DNA of 51,304 nt, taken from positions 1 to 51,304 of the forward strand of contig CAZAOT010000002.1 in NCBI GenBank assembly GCA_964487045.1. Direction: 5' to 3'. Of the stretch, positions 36,185 to 43,298 are shown in pieces. A program made the translations under genes and the position numbers. The notes below the pieces were generated by a model that was not told where the DNA came from, searched no databases, and was given only the letters and a program-made list of their open reading frames with translations. The first letter of the stretch is position 1, and every line of letters begins with the position of its first letter. This DNA comes from an uncultured Candidatus Saccharibacteria bacterium (GTDB lineage: Bacteria > Patescibacteriota > UBA1384 > DTJR01).

Positions 36185-36271
36185 TGGTGGGCGAGGTGGG
36201 AATCGAACCCACAATCCCTTGCGAGAATAAGTTTTTGAGACTTACGCGTATACCAGTTCCGCCACTCGCCC
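36185..36271 (-). tRNA. tRNA-Leu (anticodon CAA), class II, CCA encoded
   Basis: Hand fold: GGGCGAG/CUCGCCC acceptor, anticodon arm UAAGU-CUCAAAA-ACUUA, 14-nt variable arm with GCAA loop, T-arm GUGGG-UUCGAUU-CCCAC, ACCA. Confidence 0.9.
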
Positions 36272-36293
36272 TAACCATATAATTCTAACAGAT

Positions 36294-36857
36294 TTAGTCC
36301 TCAAATGGAAGCTCGCCTTCCCTTAGAACCTTCGCTTCATCATTTGTGATATCAACGACTGTTGATGGTTGGTGGGGCTCAAATTCAGGGTCTTCTATAA
36401 TCAGATCTGCCTTGAGATAGATTTTGGCGTCTAGTGCTTTAATACTTGTAGCCGGATTATTTCCAGTTAGATTGGCTGAGGTTGCAGTTGTTGGCTTCCC
36501 GAATGCCTTTGTAATCTGAACGATAATTGAGTCTTTCGGAATTCGGACAGAAACGTCGCTCTGCAACACAAACGTAAATGGACCGGGCAAATATTTTTTT
36601 AAAATTCTAGTTTGATTTTCGTTTGGCTTTAAATATTTTTCAATCATATCGATATCTGAAAAATTAAATGAGAATTTCTGATCAGATCTTCTTCCCTTGA
36701 GATCTTCTAGCTTTTTAATTGCTTCGCCGTTTGTACCATCAACAGCAATGCCGTAAACAGTATCGGAAGGATATACAACCATTCCGCCCTTCTCCAGAAC
36801 AGATATCGCTTTATCTAGAATCTTTTTATAATTGTCTGCTGTTAATATGATTTGCAT
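36294..36857 (-). CDS. tsaC: L-threonylcarbamoyladenylate synthase (TsaC/YrdC/Sua5 family)
   Basis: VVYPSDTVYGIAVD, PGPFTFVL and KPTTATSANL motifs. Confidence 0.8.
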   Translation of the reverse strand: MQIILTADNYKKILDKAISVLEKGGMVVYPSDTVYGIAVDGTNGEAIKKLEDLKGRRSDQKFSFNFSDIDMIEKYLKPNENQTRILKKYLPGPFTFVLQSDVSVRIPKDSIIVQITKAFGKPTTATSANLTGNNPATSIKALDAKIYLKADLIIEDPEFEPHQPSTVVDITNDEAKVLREGELPFED

Positions 36858-36907
36858 ATCTTGATTATTGTCCTAATAAAATATAAAATGGCTGTTGAGC
36901 CGTATTA

Positions 36908-36936
36908 ATTCTATGCAAAAACTTGTATTCTTGCAA
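36908..36936 (-). promoter_or_regulatory. Promoter of tsaC
   Basis: Minus strand TTGCAA, 17 nt, TAGAAT. Confidence 0.4.
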
Positions 36937-36985
36937 CATGAGCTTGTACTTGCCTGCCGGCAGGCAGGGCTCAGCTGGTAGAGCA

Positions 36986-38590
36986 CTACACGCGATCCGT
37001 TAAATATTGGGCTGGTAGTTCAGCTGGTAGAACACTGCATTCGCATTGCAGAGGTAGAGGGTTCGAGTCCCTCCCAGTCCACCATTTTACATTTCGTGCC
37101 AATTCTTCCGCTTCGCTCGAGCCAACGGCTCTTGCTTGCGGTGGCAAATTCGAGAGTAATTCATATTGTTTTTGAAAATTCATAATGAGTTTTCCGCCCA
37201 GCAAAATGCGGTTCGAGCCGGCGGTTTTAAGAAAATTTCTCATAGCGGAGAAATTTTTTGTTTTAACAAAATTTCCAGCTTGGTTGGCGTCAATTATCCA
37301 GTTTTTCAAGAGTTCGAGCCAATGATTTCCTTTTCGTTCAAAATCTCTTAACTTTTCTTCAAACTCGGCTTTTTGCTCAATCAGTTTATTCTTCTTTTCT
37401 TTGTACTCTGAAAGCTCTATCGCTTGGTCTAAGTAAGCGTCAGACAAACGATCAAGCCGAGTTTTGATGGTTGCAATTTTGTTGTTTAGATTTTGAGCGA
37501 AAACAACCGACGAGTGGTATTTATCTTTTTCCCAACCTTGAACTTTTAGCATATACTTTTCTTTCCACTCGTCGGGCAAAGAAACTTTTTGACAGAGATC
37601 TTCAATTTGTTTTGCCAAAACTTCTTCGCAAACAAATTTTCTCTCGGCACAAACTTTGGTTTTGCTTTTATGAGTACAACGGTAGTAAACATATTCTCGG
37701 CCACTTGGCTTGAACTTTCTCTCGGCAGTTATGGCATAACCGCAACTTCCGCATTTGGCAAAACCAAGAAATTGAAGTTCTCTTTCCTTTCGTTTGTGCC
37801 GAGGTTTCGAGTGATCTTTTAGGGCAACTTGTATTTTGTCAAAAGTTTCTTTGGAAATCATTGGCTTATGAGAACCTTGATAAAGTTCTCCGTCATAACT
37901 TATGACGCCGTAATAAAATGGCTTCGATAGTAGTTTTTGAATTGATGACAAAGCCATTTTATGTCCGTCTTTTCCAACCAAGCCAAGAGAAAACATTTTT
38001 GCTTGAATTCCAGTCAGCGAAAACTCGCCGGTAGCAAAAAGCTCCAGCGCTTTCTTAACTAGCGAAAAAGTTTTGGGATTTGGGTCGATAGTTCGAAGTC
38101 TTGGCTCGTTGAAGTAACCGAGTGGAGCTTTTGAAGGCAATTCTCCTCGGCGAAGTTTTTGCCGTATTCCTCGCAAAATGTTTTCTCTTAAATTGTCGGT
38201 GTAATATTTGGCCTGACCAAAGGCAACGCTTAACATGAACTTTCCTTGTGGTGTTGCTTCAAACCAGAAAGTTGGGAATTTTAGCGAGGTGATTTTGCCT
38301 GTATCAACCAAGTAAATTACTCTTCCACCATCAACAGAGTTTCTGGCAAGTCGATCGGGATTCCAAGCTAAAATTCCCGAAGCGTTGCCTTTTTCAAGCT
38401 CTAAAAGCATTTGGTTAAAGATTGGTCGCCCAGGCTCCTTGGCGGTTTTGCTTTCGGTAAACTCACGAACAACAAACAAGTTATTAGTCCTGGCAAAATC
38501 TCTTAGTTCTTGGAGTTGGGCTTCAATAGACAAAATTTGTCGCTCTTCCTCTTCGGAAGATTTACGACAGTAAATGAAATACTTTTCCAT
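36986..38590 (-). CDS. Large serine recombinase (Rec3)
   Basis: YFIYCRKSSEEEERQILSIEAQ, NPDRLARN, Zn ribbon CGSCGYAITA...YYRCTH, coiled coil. The last 32 codons (after WW) are the antisense of the entire tRNA-Ala(CGC) plus 23 nt beyond it. Confidence 0.85.
   Translation of the reverse strand: MEKYFIYCRKSSEEEERQILSIEAQLQELRDFARTNNLFVVREFTESKTAKEPGRPIFNQMLLELEKGNASGILAWNPDRLARNSVDGGRVIYLVDTGKITSLKFPTFWFEATPQGKFMLSVAFGQAKYYTDNLRENILRGIRQKLRRGELPSKAPLGYFNEPRLRTIDPNPKTFSLVKKALELFATGEFSLTGIQAKMFSLGLVGKDGHKMALSSIQKLLSKPFYYGVISYDGELYQGSHKPMISKETFDKIQVALKDHSKPRHKRKERELQFLGFAKCGSCGYAITAERKFKPSGREYVYYRCTHKSKTKVCAERKFVCEEVLAKQIEDLCQKVSLPDEWKEKYMLKVQGWEKDKYHSSVVFAQNLNNKIATIKTRLDRLSDAYLDQAIELSEYKEKKNKLIEQKAEFEEKLRDFERKGNHWLELLKNWIIDANQAGNFVKTKNFSAMRNFLKTAGSNRILLGGKLIMNFQKQYELLSNLPPQARAVGSSEAEELARNVKWWTGRDSNPLPLQCECSVLPAELPAQYLTDRV
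37009..37084 (+). tRNA. tRNA-Ala (anticodon CGC), CCA encoded
   Basis: Hand fold: GGGCTGG/CCAGTCC acceptor with G3:U70, D-stem GTTC/GAAC, anticodon arm CTGCA-TTCGCAT-TGCAG, T-arm GAGGG-TTCGAGT-CCCTC, ACCA. Confidence 0.9.
37079..37214 (+). repeat. Inverted repeat arm A (covers the Rec3 3' coding end)
   Basis: Reverse complement of 38707-38842. The inner ~104-105 nt have 3 mismatches; the outer about 30 nt next to CCACCA are diverged. Confidence 0.85.
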
Positions 38591-38706
38591 TTTTCCCTCC
38601 TTAAATTTTGTCTATAACCAAATGCTTTTATACACCGACAATTTTCTGGAAATTTTGTTACCGCCGGGGCTCTAAAGAATTTCATTCTTTTCTGTGCTTC
38701 GCACAG

Positions 38707-38842
38707 GAACCGCATTTTGCTGGGCGGAAAACTCATTATGAATTTTCAAAAACAATATGAATTACTCTCGAATTTGCCCCCGCAAGCGAGAGCCATTGGC
38801 TCGAGCGAAGCGGAACAAATTAAATTAAATACAATGTGGTGG
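38707..38842 (-). repeat. Inverted repeat arm B (pseudo-copy of the Rec3 3' end upstream of the Rec3 promoter)
   Basis: The + strand reads RILLGGKLIMNFQKQYELLSNLPPQARAIGSSEAE..WW, matching Rec3 residues near the C-terminus. It ends on tggtgg, which is also the first 6 nt of IR-L. Confidence 0.85.
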
Positions 38843-39020
38843 TATGTTTTGAACGAAGCTCGAACTTTTTTCGAAAATGCTGAAATTTAATACTGATGCT
38901 CGCGACCCGCAAAGCGGGTCGCTCGCTTTATTTCCTTTTTTTCAAAATACATTTTTGCGCGGCCGTGGAGGGGTGTGGGGAGGAAACGGCCGCGCTAGCT
39001 TTTTTGGGGCGGGGCGGAAA
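38837..39020 (+). repeat. 184-bp inverted repeat, left arm (IR-L)
   Basis: Reverse complement of 42387-42570 with one mismatch (38844 a vs 42563 c). Contains hairpins at 38902-38922 and 38957-38995, each followed by a T-run. Confidence 0.95.
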
Positions 39021-39100
39021 AAATTAGACACAGATCAAATGCTTATGCTAATTATAGTATGTAGCATTAAAATTAGCAATTAGCTTATACTTGTATTAAA

Positions 39101-39313
39101 ATGAAGAAAGGTATCTTAATAAAATTTGGTGACCGAGTCCGCGAAGAACGCTTGAAACTTGGATTGTCGCAAGAAGAACTTGCTGTTAAAACTGGAGTTC
39201 ACCGAACCTATATTGGCATGATCGAACGAGCCGAGAAAAATATTACCTTGTTAAATATTGAAAAGATAGCAGGGGCTTTAAAAATCACTGTGAACCAACT
39301 ATTTAGAAAATAA
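39101..39313 (+). CDS. XRE-family HTH transcriptional regulator (70 aa)
   Basis: LGLSQEELAVKTGVHRTYIGMIERAEKNITLLNIEKIA. Confidence 0.8.
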   Translation: MKKGILIKFGDRVREERLKLGLSQEELAVKTGVHRTYIGMIERAEKNITLLNIEKIAGALKITVNQLFRK

Positions 39314-39317
39314 TTAT

Positions 39318-42300
39318 ATGGATGAATTTGGAAAATATACTCCAGAGGAAGCTTTCGACGAATCACAGCGTCTTGGAAATTCCACTGGATCTAATAAAAA
39401 TGAATTAGATGAAGCAGAATTTCAATTACTAAATGAATCTCAGCGAGAACTCGCTGATAGAATTATTGAAGACCCAGCTATTTCAATCCCAGAAGTTTAT
39501 TTTGAAAGACAACAAAATCCCGAAGCAGTCAGAAGTGTGCTATCTTTGAATATTGTACAGTCAGCATTACGAAGAGCATTGATTGATTCAATTTTTGACG
39601 GGGATGTCGGGTTAACTGAAAGTCTAATAAAAGAATACGAGTTACCAGAAAGTGTAATTTCTTCTTCTGAGTTGCAAACAAAGATAAAAGACGAAGCAAT
39701 ATTTCTTTTAGGTCATTATGATTTTGGAAAATTCCAGAAATTATTTGATCTATTTGGTTTGCCAGACGCAATTGGTGAATATAATTTAGATTTCAATATA
39801 TTTTTTAGAATAGATCGTCGATTTACTTTCTCTAGTATTTTAGAATTTGGTAGGTTTATCCAACAGCATGAAACATATTTTGGTTGGCTGGAGAATGAGA
39901 AACTTAATGGACGAGAGTCTGAATGGTTATTTGATGAACATGAGTTAGATAGCATCAAACAAAAATACCTTAGACCAGAAGAGGCCCATGTTTTGGTGTT
40001 GCATGGATTTACAGTTTCATCCAATTGGACAGAAACAGGTGGAAAAGATAGCTATGAAGAAGCGTTAAAAGTACTGTCAGCGACGGAATCACTTAAACGC
40101 TGGCAAGAATCGGATGAATTAGTGCAGTTTCTAGAAGTTTTTGATGAGGATGATCAAATAGAACCGACCCATGGGGAAAATGGTGTCCAAGAAAGGCAAA
40201 CCGAAGAAGCGACAACAATATTTGAAAGAGCGTCAAAAAGATTTGGTTACCGGTCAATGTTTCAATTCTGTTTTAGGGATGATGTAGGGATGCATGACAT
40301 GCTTCATGCGTACGATGATATCGAAGACAGTCTGTTCAAGTCCTCTGGACTCAAACCAAGTGAGTTTTTTGGCCAGATACTTTTTCAAGTTAAAATGGAT
40401 TCAGTCAACTACCAAGATGGTGCGAGTTACCACCGGCTTAATACGATCGCACAATCATTCAATCCACAAGAAGCCCAGAAAGTAATAAAAGAATTATCAC
40501 AAATTCCCGAATTTGCCGAAATGTCCGCTTCATACAAGACGGTGGAAGACATTTTTTCATCATGGGCCAGTTTAAAAAAATTCCATAAGCTCCAGACAAT
40601 CCTTGGACAGCAAGATCTACTCAACCAGTTAAAAACTCAGGGACATACGAAACTAATTGATTATATACGCCGGTTGGCTTTTGGCGGATCAAGTGTAAGC
40701 ATCGAGAAAGTACTACAATTTTGGAAAGATCCTAGTGGCTTTTTAAATATCAGCGAACGACATGCAAGAAGAGTTCATGAGTTGAAAAAGCCATCACATT
40801 ATACAGAAATACCTCACCTTGACCTAACTCCCGAAGAACTTCGCGACTCACTGGTTGAAGGAGACCTAGATTCCCTTCAAGTTTTCCACCCATTAGAAAT
40901 AGAATATACCATATCATCTAGTGCTGGAAATTTAAGAGAAAATTTGACAGAAGCATTGGGCAGTCGGGAAGCGGGAATAAAGCCAAGAGCTAAAAATCCA
41001 AAAAAATTGTATTCTGCAGTTAAAAATATTTTAGACCCAGCTGGTATCAGTCTTAAGGATTATCTTCAAGGTCAAGCTGACTTACCATCTGGTATGGAAG
41101 ATCAATTGGGTATTATCTTGAAAGACGATTCTGCAGGGCTTGTGGACCACGTTGAGGTGTATCGAGCAAAGATATATTCCAAAAGCGATCCCGAAAGTGT
41201 TGTTGCTGGAAATGATACTTCATGTTGTATGCCTTTTGGATCAGGAAAAAATAATATTTACACATTCAACCCTATCTGCTCAACGTTTGTGGTCCAGAGA
41301 CAAAACAACAATGGAAGTTGGCGGACGATAGCGCAAAGTATTTTGACAGAAGATGTTGATATTCATGAGAATATACATGAGTTAATGCAACGAATTGACT
41401 TTGCTGATAAAAGTCAATTAAGAGAATTTATTCCTCAGAGCGTATTGGAGCAATCGCCATCTGTGGTTACCGCCGACAATATTGAAGTATCACCTAATTT
41501 TGCTGCTTCCGAACAATCCAGTTTAATATTGGAACAAATATATCGTGATTTCTTTCAAGAATATAGCCGCCGATATTTACAAGGCGAGTCAAATGATGGC
41601 TCTAGAATAATCGTTGGAAAAGGGTATTCAGAAATCATGGGTCATCTACCAGAAGTAAACAATACATTTTTACCACGGACACCAGTTGCATACTCCGACA
41701 ATATAATGCAAACCGCCTATCAGTTAGACTTGTGGGGGGAGCCGAATCCTGTTATGGACTGGAAGGGGCGCATCACAGAGACATACACACCGATAGATCA
41801 GTCATCAGACTCTAGAGTTCTTTCAGATGTTGGTATCCGCGGCTTGTCATTTCTTGGTTTTAGAGACGCTCTGCCTGTTTCGTTCATCGAGGGCAAAGCA
41901 TATGAGGACAACCCAGAGCTTCTTGTATATTTACATAATATGGAAAATGCCTTAATAGCAAAAGACATCAACAACTCCAGAAAGAAACGTTCGAATATGA
42001 GCTTGAAATGGCAAGATTCTACCGGGAAAATTCATGGTTACATTCTTGCGTACGAAGGAGTTAGCGTAAGGGCTGCCGATACAGTTTCTCATCAAGCCCA
42101 AGAACGAATATTATATATTTCCGACCTAGCTTCTGATTCCGAATCGAAATTAGCCGGCGGGTACCTCATCAAAGGTTTTTTCGAACTATATAGAAGGAAT
42201 TATCTCGAGAAGGGTGATTTTATTCCAATTGTTTTTGAGGGTAGAGAGCAAACATCATATTCAATAGTAGCAAAACAAATTAGTAGGATCGCATCAAATC

Positions 42301-42386
42301 TAGGATATGAATGTTCTCTCGAGGAAGGTGAGGCCTATAAACATGGAAATGACATAATGCACCCCGTGGTCCTTCGATTTAAATAA
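39318..42386 (+). CDS. 1022-aa orphan protein, possible GNAT-like C-terminal domain
   Basis: Long uninterrupted ORF 4 nt after the XRE stop. The C-terminal about 170 aa (GYILAYEG...ILYISDLASD...LAGGYLIKGFFELY...IVFEGRE) resembles an acetyltransferase fold. No other motif was recognised. Confidence 0.7.
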   Translation: MDEFGKYTPEEAFDESQRLGNSTGSNKNELDEAEFQLLNESQRELADRIIEDPAISIPEVYFERQQNPEAVRSVLSLNIVQSALRRALIDSIFDGDVGLTESLIKEYELPESVISSSELQTKIKDEAIFLLGHYDFGKFQKLFDLFGLPDAIGEYNLDFNIFFRIDRRFTFSSILEFGRFIQQHETYFGWLENEKLNGRESEWLFDEHELDSIKQKYLRPEEAHVLVLHGFTVSSNWTETGGKDSYEEALKVLSATESLKRWQESDELVQFLEVFDEDDQIEPTHGENGVQERQTEEATTIFERASKRFGYRSMFQFCFRDDVGMHDMLHAYDDIEDSLFKSSGLKPSEFFGQILFQVKMDSVNYQDGASYHRLNTIAQSFNPQEAQKVIKELSQIPEFAEMSASYKTVEDIFSSWASLKKFHKLQTILGQQDLLNQLKTQGHTKLIDYIRRLAFGGSSVSIEKVLQFWKDPSGFLNISERHARRVHELKKPSHYTEIPHLDLTPEELRDSLVEGDLDSLQVFHPLEIEYTISSSAGNLRENLTEALGSREAGIKPRAKNPKKLYSAVKNILDPAGISLKDYLQGQADLPSGMEDQLGIILKDDSAGLVDHVEVYRAKIYSKSDPESVVAGNDTSCCMPFGSGKNNIYTFNPICSTFVVQRQNNNGSWRTIAQSILTEDVDIHENIHELMQRIDFADKSQLREFIPQSVLEQSPSVVTADNIEVSPNFAASEQSSLILEQIYRDFFQEYSRRYLQGESNDGSRIIVGKGYSEIMGHLPEVNNTFLPRTPVAYSDNIMQTAYQLDLWGEPNPVMDWKGRITETYTPIDQSSDSRVLSDVGIRGLSFLGFRDALPVSFIEGKAYEDNPELLVYLHNMENALIAKDINNSRKKRSNMSLKWQDSTGKIHGYILAYEGVSVRAADTVSHQAQERILYISDLASDSESKLAGGYLIKGFFELYRRNYLEKGDFIPIVFEGREQTSYSIVAKQISRIASNLGYECSLEEGEAYKHGNDIMHPVVLRFK

Positions 42387-42570
42387 TTTCCGCCCCGCCC
42401 CAAAAAAGCTAGCGCGGCCGTTTCCTCCCCACACCCCTCCACGGCCGCGCAAAAATGTATTTTGAAAAAAAGGAAATAAAGCGAGCGACCCGCTTTGCGG
42501 GTCGCGAGCATCAGTATTAAATTTCAGCATTTTCGAAAAAAGTTCGAGCTTCGTTCAAAACACACCACCA
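42387..42570 (-). repeat. 184-bp inverted repeat, right arm (IR-R)
   Basis: Starts on the nucleotide after the TAA stop of the 1022-aa ORF and ends in ccacca. Confidence 0.95.
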
Positions 42571-42589
42571 AGTTATTGCCCAATTTAAC

Positions 42590-42637
42590 GGGCTGAACAT
42601 TGCGGAGATGGCAGTTCGATTCTGCCTAGGTCCACCA
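42590..42637 (+). pseudogene. tRNA-Ala 3'-half remnant (anticodon-loop end, T-arm, acceptor with U70, CCA)
   Basis: GGGCTGAA-CATTGCGG-AGAT-GGCAG-TTCGATT-CTGCC-TAGGTCC-ACCA. It lacks the D-arm and the 5' anticodon stem, and parallels positions 37044-37084 of the intact tRNA. Confidence 0.65.
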
Positions 42638-42786
42638 ATTTGTATTTTGTTTAATTTGTTCCGCTTCGCACGGGATCAAACCCAACGATTCGGCTGGTAA
42701 TTCTGTATAAAGGCGAATAAATTGTATATGATTTCTTGAAAAAGAATCTATAAAATCATAATTAGCGATTCGCTAGAAAGGATATA

Positions 42787-43050
42787 ATGAATTTAGTGAT
42801 TGGGATTGTAGCGATTGTTATCGGTTTCCTGCTTAATCAGTGGATATCACATTCATTAAGCAAAGATGCATTATCAAGGCCTATGTTTTTAAACTACCCT
42901 ACAGGCGTACTTATTTCTACGGTCGTCTATATTTCAGTCTATGTCGTTGGATTGTATTTTTTATACAGAATTTCAATTTGGATACCAGTCATACTAGTTT
43001 CTTTGTTTTTATTGATAATAATTTCCAACTTATTGAAAAAATCTAAATAG
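42787..43050 (+). CDS. Small membrane protein (3 TM helices)
   Basis: Hydrophobic 87-aa ORF; no motif. Confidence 0.4.
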   Translation: MNLVIGIVAIVIGFLLNQWISHSLSKDALSRPMFLNYPTGVLISTVVYISVYVVGLYFLYRISIWIPVILVSLFLLIIISNLLKKSK

Positions 43051-43298
43051 AAAACAAATATTAGTTAGTTGTAGAAATAAGATTTTTTGGAGTTTACATG
43101 GGAGAATTATCAAGAAATGAGTGGAAGACTTTTTCCAGTTTTTTCTTGCCAGAATATAATAAGTTGAATAAAACTGGTTATATATTTTTAGATCAAGAAC
43201 CTAAAGTTTATAATTAGGATTGGGATTTTATAGATAATGACAATAATATACTCCCTATTCAACATACTAGAGCTGCAGGTACAGATAATGATGTAAGA

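Larger units (their letters stand above)
37044..42600. mobile_element. Candidate about 5.5-kb integrated element at tRNA-Ala(CGC) (Rec3 + XRE + 1022-aa gene)
   Basis: An intact tRNA lies on the left and a 3'-half tRNA-Ala remnant (42590-42637) on the right. Homology between them starts at CATTGC in the anticodon loop. The boundaries are inferred and alternative crossover points at the CCACCA ends are possible. Confidence 0.35.

Noticed and set aside
36967-37000. Second tRNA immediately upstream of tRNA-Ala(CGC)
   Set aside because: Only a D-arm-like segment (gctcagctggtagagc) is present. No acceptor stem, anticodon arm or T-arm can be formed, so it is at most a fragment.
38958-39018. G-quadruplex in the inverted repeats as a functional element
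   Set aside because: Four GGGG runs exist, but two of them lie in the loop of a 9-bp GC hairpin that would compete with quadruplex formation. It is noted within the IR finding and not claimed as a separate feature.
38877-39083. 68-aa ORF (MLKFNTDARDPQSG...) and its near-twin at 42300-42530 on the opposite strand
   Set aside because: Both lie inside the 184-bp inverted repeats, so they are the same sequence read twice. They run through GC hairpins and T-runs and have no SD. I judged them a by-product of the repeat rather than genes.
41380-41400. HExxH (HENIH) motif in the 1022-aa protein as a metalloprotease site
   Set aside because: It is a single short motif with no downstream third ligand pattern that I can recognise. 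It occurs frequently by chance in a protein this size.
42387-42570. The 184-nt repeat as a tRNA-like or other CCA-ending RNA gene
   Set aside because: It ends in accacca and occupies the position of a tRNA relative to the shared downstream motif, but no cloverleaf or T-arm can be folded from its last 90 nt.
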